In this document: positions 8,528-16,944 of the stretch, piece after piece
How the letters are laid out: each line of letters starts with the position of its first letter
Numbering within the stretch: position 1 is the stretch's first letter
DNA from: Pedosphaera sp.
Lineage (GTDB): Bacteria; Verrucomicrobiota; Verrucomicrobiia; Limisphaerales; SIBH01
Assembly: GCA_031414955.1 (NCBI GenBank)
Contig: JANOQV010000019.1
Location: 1 to 22,290, forward strand
DNA: 22,290 nt
Direction: 5' to 3'
Position numbers and translations under genes: made by a program
The notes under the pieces: model-generated
Databases searched by the model: none
What the model saw: only the letters and a program-made list of their open reading frames with translations
What the model was told of the DNA's origin: nothing

Positions 8528-9515
8528 ACGCCTTGCCTCCTTTGGCCTTGCCGAACGTGAACAAGCCCTGTGGCCGCGCCATCATCAGCCCGATGATGAG
8601 CAGCGAGTAAATGATCATCCGGTAATCGGCGAAGCCGCGCAGGAATTCCGGCAACACCGTGAGCAGTATCGCCGCAATGATGACGCCCGCCGTCCTTCCC
8701 ATCCCGCCAAGAATCACCATGACCACGATGTCGATGGACTTCATGAAGTCGAAGCCAGTGGGCGAGAGGAACTGCTTGTGGTGCGCGTAGAGTCCGCCGG
8801 CCACGCCCGCGAAGAATGCACCGATGACAAAGGCTGTGACCTTGTACCGGACCGGGTTGATGCCCATCGCGCCTGCCGCCACTTCGTCGTCATGCACGGC
8901 GAGGAAGCCGCGCCCGTAAGTCGAGTTCACCAGCGCCGCGACAACGAAGACCGTGACCGCCGCCAGCGCCCAGGCCCAGCCGAAACTGGAGAGCGTGGCG
9001 ATGCCTTTCATGCCGCTCGCGCCACCCATGTTTTCCAGCAACCGCGCCAGTCCACCCGTGGGGTCGAGATTCCAGTTCCGCACCAACGTGTCGGTCGTCT
9101 GGAGAATCACGCGGATGATTTCGCCGAAGCCGAGCGTGACGATGGCGAGGTAATCGCCGCGCAACCGCAGCGAGGGCACGCCAACCGCCAACCCTGCCAC
9201 CGCCGCCGTTCCGCCGCCGGCGAGAAGTGCCAGGGCAAAGATGATTCCACCGAGGAGAGGCGAGGCCGTCGCGGCCTCCAATCCCCACGTCAGGGACGCC
9301 GCCGTGTAGGCCCCCACGGCCATGAAGCCCGCGTGGCCGAGGCTGAACTGTCCGGTGTGGCCGTTGATGAGGTTGAGGCTGACCGCGAGGATGATGTTGA
9401 TGCCGATGTCGATGGCGATGCCGAGGTAGTAGCGGTTAAAGTGCGCGGAGAAATAGGAGACGACGGCCGCGAGGAGAATCGCGGCGAGGAGGTAGCGTTT
9501 GGCGCCGGTGGGCAT
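8526..9515 (-). CDS. livM: Branched-chain amino acid ABC transporter permease
   Basis: SLNLINGHTGQFSLGHAGFMAVGAY, LRLRGDYLAIVTLGFGEI, VILGGMG, PQGL. Start ATG 9515; TTG at 9533 overlapping the vapC stop is an alternative. Confidence 0.93.
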   Translation of the reverse strand: MPTGAKRYLLAAILLAAVVSYFSAHFNRYYLGIAIDIGINIILAVSLNLINGHTGQFSLGHAGFMAVGAYTAASLTWGLEAATASPLLGGIIFALALLAGGGTAAVAGLAVGVPSLRLRGDYLAIVTLGFGEIIRVILQTTDTLVRNWNLDPTGGLARLLENMGGASGMKGIATLSSFGWAWALAAVTVFVVAALVNSTYGRGFLAVHDDEVAAGAMGINPVRYKVTAFVIGAFFAGVAGGLYAHHKQFLSPTGFDFMKSIDIVVMVILGGMGRTAGVIIAAILLTVLPEFLRGFADYRMIIYSLLIIGLMMARPQGLFTFGKAKGGKA

Positions 9516-9529
9516 CGCGGTGCGTTCGT

Positions 9530-9937
9530 TCAACTCGGCCACGGATTGAGCGTAGGCGCGGAGCGGAAGTCGCTCGTGTTCCGCGTCACGACGGTCAGGC
9601 CGTGCGCGAGGGCGATGGCTTCGATGATGGAATCCCAGAGCGACTGCGGCTGCCGTTTCAACGCGGCGCTGTGCTGCTGCTGGCCCCAGGCCAGCGCGGC
9701 GTCCGTATCCCACGGCACGACATGCTCGTTCCACTCAGCCAGGAAATGATTCAGCTTGTGCAGCAGGTCTTTCCGGCGTGCGCCGGACTCCGCGTGGATT
9801 CCGTCGGCAATTTCGGCCAGCACCGGAACCGGAATGCCGCAGTCCGCGCCATTCGCCACCAGCCATGCGCGGACTTTCGGCTCGGGCCGTGGTTTCCAAG
9901 TCTCCGAGATGACGTTGGTGTCGAGCAGGAATTTCAT
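9530..9937 (-). CDS. vapC: PIN-domain type II toxin (VapC family)
   Basis: 135 aa, N-terminal FLLDTNVISE, E in VLAEI, DSIIEAIALAHGLTVVTRN.SDF, C-terminal NPW. Confidence 0.92.
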   Translation of the reverse strand: MKFLLDTNVISETWKPRPEPKVRAWLVANGADCGIPVPVLAEIADGIHAESGARRKDLLHKLNHFLAEWNEHVVPWDTDAALAWGQQQHSAALKRQPQSLWDSIIEAIALAHGLTVVTRNTSDFRSAPTLNPWPS

Positions 9938-10095
9938 TAGCGCTTGATCTTCACTGGGCCGAGCGAGCGCAACGCCTCAAAGAGATTGGCCGGACGTTTC
10001 GCGCGCGACGTGCGCACGCTGCGCACCGGCTTGATCGCGGATTTCACCAGCGGATGAAACGTGCTGGAAAGTGGCTGCGCTGCGTCCGTTTTCAT
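9937..10095 (-). CDS. 52-aa basic ORF, putative cognate antitoxin of VapC (absent from the ORF track)
   Basis: MKTDAAQPLSSTFHPLVKSAIKPVRSVRTSRAKRPANLFEALRSLGPVKIKR; its stop overlaps the vapC start as TAATG. Confidence 0.65.
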   Translation of the reverse strand: MKTDAAQPLSSTFHPLVKSAIKPVRSVRTSRAKRPANLFEALRSLGPVKIKR

Positions 10096-10134
10096 GGCTT
10101 CGATATATCGTCTCGCGGTGGCGAGGGCAACTTT

Positions 10135-11046
10135 TCAAACTTTCTCCGGCTGCAACTTGCCCAGCAACCCCGCCGGACGGACGAGCAGAATCAAAATCAG
10201 GAGCGCGAAAGAGATCGCGTCGCGGTAGGGCGAGATGGCGGGAATGCCGCCCGCGATGGTCTCGACCATGCCGAGCAGCACGCCGCCCAGCGCCGCACCC
10301 GGCAGGTTGCCGATGCCGCCAAGCACGGCGGCGATGAACGCCTTCAAGCCCGTCTGGACGCCCATGAGCGGGTCGATACTGGCGTAGCTCATGGCGTAGA
10401 GAATGCCGCCCGCCGCCGCCAAGGCGGAGCCGAGGCCAAAGGTGAAGGAGATGATGAAGTTGACGTTGATGCCCATGAGCGCGGCGGCCTTCTCGTTGAA
10501 AGACACCGCGCGCATGGCCGTGCCCACCTTGGTTTTCTGGACGATGAAGGTGAGCGCGACGAGAAGCAGCAGCGTGGTGATGAGGACGATGACTTGGGCG
10601 GAACTCACCGCCAGCCCGCCGAGCTGCCAATTCGTCGCCGGAATCAAATCCGGGAAGCTGCGCGGGGCCGCACCGAAGACTGCCTTGTGCTGGCAGGTGT
10701 ATTCGACGAACAAAGAAACGCCGATGGCCGTGATGAGCACGATGAGCTTGGGCCGGTTCCGCAACGGGCGATACGCGAGAAATTCAATGAGCATCCCGAC
10801 GCCCGCGCAAATGACCATGGCCAGCAAGAGCACGACGATTCCGCTGAGGTAGGACTTGGCCGGCAGGAACCGGTTAACCTGCGGCGCGAGATAAAATCCG
10901 GCGAACCCGCCGAGCATGAAGACATCGCCATGCGCGAAGTTGATGAAGCGCAACACGCCATAAACCATCGTGTAGCCCAGCGCGATGAGCGCGTAGATCG
11001 CGCCGAGCGCCAGGCCGTTAATCAGTTGCTGAAGAATTTCGGCCAA
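10135..11046 (-). CDS. livH: Branched-chain amino acid ABC transporter permease
   Basis: QQLINGLALGAIYALIALGYTMVYGVLRFINFAHGD, GTAMRAVS, KAFIAAVLGGIG, RPAGLLG. TTG start. Confidence 0.95.
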   Translation of the reverse strand: MAEILQQLINGLALGAIYALIALGYTMVYGVLRFINFAHGDVFMLGGFAGFYLAPQVNRFLPAKSYLSGIVVLLLAMVICAGVGMLIEFLAYRPLRNRPKLIVLITAIGVSLFVEYTCQHKAVFGAAPRSFPDLIPATNWQLGGLAVSSAQVIVLITTLLLLVALTFIVQKTKVGTAMRAVSFNEKAAALMGINVNFIISFTFGLGSALAAAGGILYAMSYASIDPLMGVQTGLKAFIAAVLGGIGNLPGAALGGVLLGMVETIAGGIPAISPYRDAISFALLILILLVRPAGLLGKLQPEKV

Positions 11047-11058
11047 GCGACGCGTGGT

Positions 11059-12216
11059 TCAGGGCGCAACGGTTTCCAGATAGGCGAACTTCCCGCCCTT
11101 CACTTGCAGAATCACCGCCGACTTGATGGCGTCTCGTTGCGGACTCAGGGTGATGCGGCCCGTCACCGCGTCGAAGTCCTTCGTCGCCGCCAGCGCATCG
11201 CGGACCTTTGCGCCTTCCGCGCTCCCGGCGCGTTTCATCGCATCTACGAGCACGATGGCGGAGTCGTAGCCGCAGGCGGCGAGCGCGTCGGGCAGCTTGC
11301 CGTTCCAGCGCTTCTTGTAGTTTTCCAGGAACACCTTCGCCTTCGACGATCCTACGTCAGGATGATAGTGCGTGGAGAAGTAGTGGCCTTCGACGGCTTC
11401 CTTGCCGATTTCAGTGAGCTTCTCAGATTCCCAGCCATCGCCGCCGAGCAACGGGACGTTCAGGCCGAGTTGCTTGGCCTGGATGGCGATCAGTGCCGCG
11501 TCCGTGTAATAGCCGGGGATGAACACGGCGTCCGGTCCCGCGCCCTTGATGGCGGTGAGCTGCGCCTTGAAGTCCTTGTCGCCGCCGTTGAAGTCCAACT
11601 CGGTGACGATCTGCCCGCCGTTCTTGATGAACTGTTCCTTGAAGAATTTTGCCAGACCCTTGCTGTAATCGCTCTTCACATCGGTGAACACGGCGACCTT
11701 TTTGGCCTTGAGCGTGCGGGTGGCGAAGTTCGCCATGACCGTGCCCTGGAATGGATCGATGAAGCAGACGCGGAAAATGTAGTCGCCCGTCTCGGTGACT
11801 TTTGGATTGGTCGAGGATGGCGACACCATCGGCACCTTGGACTGCTGGCAAAGCGGCGCGGCTTCGAGCGAGCGGCTGGAGGCCACTTCGCCGAGCATCG
11901 CCACCACGCCATCGCGCGCGATGAGCTTGTTCACGACCGTGGCCGGTTCGCCGGGTTTGGACTGGGTGTCCTCAGTGAGGAGTTCGAGCTGTCGTCCCAG
12001 CACGCCGCCGGCTTTGTTGATTTCCTCGATGGCCATCAACGTGCCTTCGTGGGACGAGATGCCGAAGGTGGCCTCCTTGCCCGTGAGCGAGGCGAACTCG
12101 CCGACTTTGATCGGTGCTCCGCCTCCGCTTCCGCCCGCGTTGCCGCCGCCCTCTTTGTTGCAGCCGATCAGGAATGCCGCTGCCAAGGACACCGAGTACC
12201 AGAGTTGTTTTGTCAT
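11059..12216 (-). CDS. livK: LivJ/LivK-family ABC substrate-binding lipoprotein
   Basis: Lipobox FLIGC, IKVG..ASLTG, EINKAGGVLGR, YIFRVCFIDPFQG, LGGDGW. Start set at ATG 12216. Confidence 0.92.
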   Translation of the reverse strand: MTKQLWYSVSLAAAFLIGCNKEGGGNAGGSGGGAPIKVGEFASLTGKEATFGISSHEGTLMAIEEINKAGGVLGRQLELLTEDTQSKPGEPATVVNKLIARDGVVAMLGEVASSRSLEAAPLCQQSKVPMVSPSSTNPKVTETGDYIFRVCFIDPFQGTVMANFATRTLKAKKVAVFTDVKSDYSKGLAKFFKEQFIKNGGQIVTELDFNGGDKDFKAQLTAIKGAGPDAVFIPGYYTDAALIAIQAKQLGLNVPLLGGDGWESEKLTEIGKEAVEGHYFSTHYHPDVGSSKAKVFLENYKKRWNGKLPDALAACGYDSAIVLVDAMKRAGSAEGAKVRDALAATKDFDAVTGRITLSPQRDAIKSAVILQVKGGKFAYLETVAP

Positions 12217-12238
12217 AGCTTTGAGAGTTGCGGGGCTG

Positions 12239-12267
12239 ACCGTAGGAAACCGCTTGAGGCATTTCAA
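12239..12267 (-). promoter_or_regulatory. Putative sigma70-type promoter of the liv operon
   Basis: Minus strand TTGAAA-17 nt-TACGGT, ending 22 nt before the livK ATG. Confidence 0.55.
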
Positions 12268-12374
12268 CAGCAATGGCAGGCACTCCCTTGCGCTGCATCC
12301 CTCGGTCCGAGATCTTGAGGGTGTTGCCGGACACTCGGCGTCCGTCGTCCACCAGTCGAGCGCAAGGAGCGGAG

Positions 12375-13574
12375 CTACTTCACCGTCACCTTGGGCGGGT
12401 GCGCGTAGTCGTTCCACAGCCGATCCAACTCCGCCTTGTCCGGTGCCCCGTCGGCGACCACGAAGCGATAGCGCGCGAGGAAAGGTTTGCCCGGCGTGAT
12501 TTCGAGAGCGCGCGCTTGCTGCGGGGCGAAGTTAAAGAACGGCTCGGTAGGATGAATGCGTTGCGGTTGCGGCGCATGGGCGTTGTCAGGATGGCCAAGA
12601 ATCGCGAGGCCGGTCAGTCCCCCATCCACGAGGCCACCCAGGTGCGCCCAACGACCGACGGTCTCGTTGTTGTCTCCCTTGCTGCGGTCGGTCACGCCTT
12701 CGCTGTTCAGGAAGTTCAACTTGTCCTTGCCGTTCCAAGCCCAGTTGCCCCGCACGCCGAGGCCGCCGTAACGATACTTGGGCAGCTTGACCGGTCCGTG
12801 CGCGCAGGTGTCGGTGATTTCCACGTCGAAGACGAAATATGGCTGCTTCGCCTCTTGGCCGATGGCGTAAAGCTTCACGTTCCAGGTTTCGAGCAGCGCG
12901 GTCTTCGGCGGCAAGGATGTCCCGTCCGCGCTCTTCTCGGTGAGGTCCATTTGCCGATGCTGGCTGATGAACCCGGCTTGCACCGGGCCGCTCCAGGTTT
13001 GGTCGAGCGACTTGAATTCCACGGTGCCCTTGCCGTCGCCCATGTTCCAGAAGTCGGGCTGGCGTCCCTCGAATTCGGTGTGTGTCCAGGCCCACCAGAT
13101 GCCGTGATGATGTTTGTGGTTCGAGGGATAATCGTCGGTGATCTGTTTGCCGCCTGGGCTGAGCACGGGATGAAGGTAGCCGCCGCGATGGAAAATTTCC
13201 TTCAAGTCAGGCCGGTTGGGTGGAAATTCCGTTTTCTCGCTCCGGTAGGTGAAGGCGGTCTGGCCGAAGCGGCTCAGAGTGATGGTTCCTGGCCCTGATT
13301 TTGCCTGCGCGCTTTGAGGCCCATCCGCTTTGCCGAAGCGGAAGGTTCGTTTCTCACCACGTTTCAGATCGCCGACGATGAACCACGCCTTGCCGTCGGC
13401 GCTGTGTTGCACCAATGGACTTTGGTTTTCGGCCACCAACCCGCTCACTCCGGCTGGCAACTGGCACTCCACGACGGTTTGCCGCCGATCAAAATCCCCC
13501 GCCTCCACGAGGAGGGAGTCTGCCGCGCAGGCTGGGACGGCAGCCGCGAGAAAAAGAACGAGCCAGGGTTTCAT
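12375..13574 (-). CDS. Secreted PF14100 ('PmoA'-labelled / DUF6807-like) beta-rich protein
   Basis: Signal peptide MKPWLVLFLAAAVPACA; motifs GYLHPV.SP.G, HKHHHGIWW, DFW, YGGLGVR, HPDN. Family call from motif recall. Start set at ATG 13574. Confidence 0.75.
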   Translation of the reverse strand: MKPWLVLFLAAAVPACAADSLLVEAGDFDRRQTVVECQLPAGVSGLVAENQSPLVQHSADGKAWFIVGDLKRGEKRTFRFGKADGPQSAQAKSGPGTITLSRFGQTAFTYRSEKTEFPPNRPDLKEIFHRGGYLHPVLSPGGKQITDDYPSNHKHHHGIWWAWTHTEFEGRQPDFWNMGDGKGTVEFKSLDQTWSGPVQAGFISQHRQMDLTEKSADGTSLPPKTALLETWNVKLYAIGQEAKQPYFVFDVEITDTCAHGPVKLPKYRYGGLGVRGNWAWNGKDKLNFLNSEGVTDRSKGDNNETVGRWAHLGGLVDGGLTGLAILGHPDNAHAPQPQRIHPTEPFFNFAPQQARALEITPGKPFLARYRFVVADGAPDKAELDRLWNDYAHPPKVTVK

Positions 13575-13663
13575 GCGCCTGAGGCTAGCGTTCCGCGCCC
13601 GTGTGGAAAGCACGAAACGGCTTGGAGCAGGGTGGCAACCGCCGCGCCGCCGGCGGCGCCTGC

Positions 13664-15310
13664 TCAATCGTTCCCGCCCGGTTCCACGGGATTGAACAGG
13701 TAGCCGGAGTAATAGTGGCGCAGTTCGAAGTAACGCTCCGGCCAAGAGTCGAGCGGCGTTTCAAAGCAGGCTTGGAAGTTGGTGAAAGAGAACGTGCCGT
13801 CGGTCGCGCTCAGCCACTCGCCAGTCAGGTCAAACTTGGCCGCGAGATAAAAGTCTGGCTGGTAGAGCCAAGAGAGTCGCAGGTTGTCGCCCTGCCGGGC
13901 GAAGTTCAGCCGCATTGGCTCCGGGGGCGGAATGATGGTCTCCAGGTTGGTGAGGGTGATCTGATCCAGGCTCTGGGCGGTGAAGGCGATGGCGGTGAGG
14001 GCGCCGACGATTTCATCCGGCGGAGTGGTGGAGACGCGGATTTCGTCTCCCACCAGGATTGTTCCCGCCGCATTACTCAACAGGATGGAGTGGACGAAGC
14101 GCAGGCTCAGGTGGGCGGGTTCATTCGTGAGCGTGGCCGCCGCGCCGTAGGAGGCCAGCACGAGGTTGGGGGCGTGAATGGTTCCAATCACTTCGCCGCC
14201 CGTCGGGAGGCCCGTTCCACTGGACTCGTTACTCGACAGGATGCTGCCCACGAAGACTCCAGCGGCGAAGACACGCGCGACGCCTGGCCCCGCGCCTCCC
14301 AAGCTGGCCCCAAGCGAAACTTCGTTGCTCTCTCGTCGCAGCATTACATTGCCCATGAATTTCAAATCCGGCATCAGCGAACTCGACCCCGAAACGCTGG
14401 TCAGGATGGCGAAGGTCTCATTGGTCAACTCCTGCGGTTGGAGCCAGGCGCGGAGTTTTTGCACGCGGGGTAGTTCGGTGAAGAGGCCCTGGAGCGCGCT
14501 CGGCTCGAGGTTGCTCACCGTGAGCTGCGACGGCGTGGCATGGAAACGCGCGTCGCCGATGCTCTGATGGTACAGAGCGAATTTGCCCAGCCGCTCGTTG
14601 TGAATCGTGAAGGAAGGCAGTCCCCCCCGACCGAAGACATCAACGCGAGAAACCTGCTCCACCGTGTTGGTTGGATTCTCGGCCAGGATGACCATGCGGC
14701 TGGCGATGGCGTGAAAGCCGGGGACATAGAAGTCCGTGATGGCGCCATCAAACTCCACGATGACGCCGACGCGACCGTCTTGGAGAGTGATGGGGTTGAT
14801 GCGGGGAGGAGGCGGGCCGTAGTTGCCGACGTTGACGATGCTGTTCGGGCCGGCATTGCTCACCTCCAATGTTTTCAGATCGTGAAAGTAAAGCTGGTAG
14901 GTGTAGCTCGTCGCCCCGATGGGCGAGAAATCCACCTGCACCTGGAACTCGCCAAAACCAGTTCGCGTGCCGCTGACGGTGCCGATCGGCGAGTTCGTGA
15001 CTCCGCTCACTGTGCCAAAGCTCAAGCCATCCATGCCCCAGCCCTCCATCCGGTCGCAACCGATCGACACGAAGACGCCCGCATCCGCCGCGCCCAGATG
15101 AATGGACGTGCCGAAGAGTCCATAGATGTAATTGCTTCCGCCCTCCTCCGGGTAGCCGGTGTTGTACACCGTCAACGGATCCTCGCCGGCGGCGGAGAAG
15201 GAGGCGTTGGTGAGGAGCGTGTGCTTCAGACCGGAGGTGAAGGCTTCATCGGCGGCCAGGAGCGATGAGGTCAACAAACCAGCCACCAGCCACAAAGGGT
15301 GTGCGCGCAT
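13664..15310 (-). CDS. Secreted hypothetical protein with two internal beta-rich repeats and a small C-terminal domain
   Basis: Long ORF, signal peptide MRAHPLWLVAGLLTSSLLA, Gly/Ser/Thr/Asn-rich, PPPEP linker. GTG 15331 is an alternative start. Confidence 0.8.
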   Translation of the reverse strand: MRAHPLWLVAGLLTSSLLAADEAFTSGLKHTLLTNASFSAAGEDPLTVYNTGYPEEGGSNYIYGLFGTSIHLGAADAGVFVSIGCDRMEGWGMDGLSFGTVSGVTNSPIGTVSGTRTGFGEFQVQVDFSPIGATSYTYQLYFHDLKTLEVSNAGPNSIVNVGNYGPPPPRINPITLQDGRVGVIVEFDGAITDFYVPGFHAIASRMVILAENPTNTVEQVSRVDVFGRGGLPSFTIHNERLGKFALYHQSIGDARFHATPSQLTVSNLEPSALQGLFTELPRVQKLRAWLQPQELTNETFAILTSVSGSSSLMPDLKFMGNVMLRRESNEVSLGASLGGAGPGVARVFAAGVFVGSILSSNESSGTGLPTGGEVIGTIHAPNLVLASYGAAATLTNEPAHLSLRFVHSILLSNAAGTILVGDEIRVSTTPPDEIVGALTAIAFTAQSLDQITLTNLETIIPPPEPMRLNFARQGDNLRLSWLYQPDFYLAAKFDLTGEWLSATDGTFSFTNFQACFETPLDSWPERYFELRHYYSGYLFNPVEPGGND

Positions 15311-15451
15311 AAGGTGTCGGTGTTTCTTCACGCCCTGCGTCTGTCAGGCCGGGGCGAATTTGTCGGCACTGTTGCCCAAGTCGGCGCGGGTGGCAAGGGT
15401 GCAGGCAGCCCGGCCCAGGGCAGACATATCTAATTTCGCGGTGTTTCGCAC

Positions 15452-15570
15452 GAAAACCCAAAACCCAAAACCCAAATAAATTCCAACGGCCCAAATTCCA
15501 AAACCAGGCGTTCGCGCTCCCATGGGAGTTTGGAATGGAGAGCTTTTTTGGGATTTGGGATTTGGATTTT
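15452..15570. repeat. Second heptamer tandem-repeat element with inverted arms
   Basis: (AAAACCC)x3 at 15453-15473 then AAATTCC-type units; GGGATTT GGGATTT GGATTTT at 15550-15570; an AT-rich island in GC-rich DNA. Confidence 0.85.
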
Positions 15571-15664
15571 AGCCCGTGGAACCAAACATTTTGATGCCTC
15601 GGCCCTGCAGCCCGTGCAAGCAGTCCGGCCACCTGGCGGGGCAAATTATTGGAGGCAGTATCGT

Positions 15665-16750
15665 TTACGGCTCGAACGGCAGCGCCACTACGGTCGCCTC
15701 GACCTCGCCCACCGCGCCACGCGCGCGCAGCGCGGTGCCGATTTGATTGTGCTCCTTGCGCACGTAGCCGAGACCGAGGTTTGCGGCCAGGGCAGGGGAA
15801 TGAATGGCGCTGCACACGTAGCCCACTTCCTTGTCGCCAAAGAACAGTTTGTCGCCCTTTTCCGGCCGCGCACCCTCCGCGAAACGCAACCCGCGCAACG
15901 CCTTGGCCACCTGCCCGTAGGTGCGAAGGCGTGCGATGACTTCCTGTCCGATGTAGCAGCCCTTGGTGTAGCTGATGGCGCGGGACTCGAGGCCGGCCTC
16001 GGGTGGGAGATTCGACCCATCCATCTCCGCGCCAAAACGCGGCCGGCCGGATTCGATGCGCGCCGTTTCCAGCGCGCGCCAGCCGGCGGCGCGTCCACCC
16101 AACTCGCGTGCCGCGGCGCTCAGCTTGTCCGCCAAAGCACCGAGGGAATTGGTGGGCGCGAACAAATCAAACCCCGTCGTCCCGAGGCGCGGGTGATTCA
16201 TGCAATACATCTCGCCCAGCGTGTCGTCTTTAAGGCTGGTGGAGTGCAGATCCTTTTCCGGTCGAGCGAAATTCAGTCCAAGTTTCTCGATCACCGCCCA
16301 CGCCTGCGGCCCTTGCACGCTGAACAAACCGTAATGCGGCGCGGCGTCGATGACCTGCACGTCATCCGCGATGATGAATTTATTGAACCGCTCTTCCAGC
16401 GCCGCGCTCAGGCCAGGCTCGAAGTCGAGGAGGATTTCCTCGGGCAGGATGTAAATGTTCAAGTCGCTCTGCATCCGGCCCTTATTCGTGACCAGCGCGG
16501 CATAGCAGCCTGCGCCAGCCGGCAAGTCCTTTACGTTGTTGGTCACCTGGCCGTTGAGCAACCGGACGCGATCCGCACCCGTGAGCACGAGCCGTCCGCG
16601 AAAGCCCAGGTCCAGCACCCCGGCGCTCCCGCGCAGCGCCGCGTGTTCCGCAAGCCAGTCCCCGTAATCCTCCACCGCCTCCATCCCGTGGACATCGATG
16701 AAGCGCGCGTTCAAGGCGGCGTGAAATTCATGTAACGCAAGTGGCGTCAT
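15665..16750 (-). CDS. ygfZ: YgfZ/GcvT-family folate-binding protein
   Basis: GcvT-like N-terminus, LNGQVTNNV, RIESG.P, YgfZ signature KGCYIGQE, C-terminal LPF. Confidence 0.88.
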   Translation of the reverse strand: MTPLALHEFHAALNARFIDVHGMEAVEDYGDWLAEHAALRGSAGVLDLGFRGRLVLTGADRVRLLNGQVTNNVKDLPAGAGCYAALVTNKGRMQSDLNIYILPEEILLDFEPGLSAALEERFNKFIIADDVQVIDAAPHYGLFSVQGPQAWAVIEKLGLNFARPEKDLHSTSLKDDTLGEMYCMNHPRLGTTGFDLFAPTNSLGALADKLSAAARELGGRAAGWRALETARIESGRPRFGAEMDGSNLPPEAGLESRAISYTKGCYIGQEVIARLRTYGQVAKALRGLRFAEGARPEKGDKLFFGDKEVGYVCSAIHSPALAANLGLGYVRKEHNQIGTALRARGAVGEVEATVVALPFEP

Positions 16751-16944
16751 GCGCTGAGGCTAAGGCTTGGCCGTGAATTGCAAAAATGATTTCACGGCCG
16801 GACTGGCGGAGGCGCATCTTGAAGGTGGCACCATAATTGGTCCCGGCCCGACCGGAGACGGCTCGTCCCCGCTCCTCACGACGGTGCCGGCCCGAAGCAC
16901 CCGGCCTCCTCCAGGTGAAGACACGCCCGGCACCCCATCCAGCC

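Noticed and set aside
10054..12318. 754-aa plus-strand ORF and other long antisense ORFs (e.g. 451-1653, 1730-3112, 8223-9749, 15530-16735)
   Set aside because: They are antisense shadows of well-supported genes in high-GC DNA and carry no recognisable motifs.
12375..13574. Methane monooxygenase implied by the 'PmoA' family label
   Set aside because: This is a soluble signal-peptide protein without multiple TM helices and without pmoB or pmoC neighbours.
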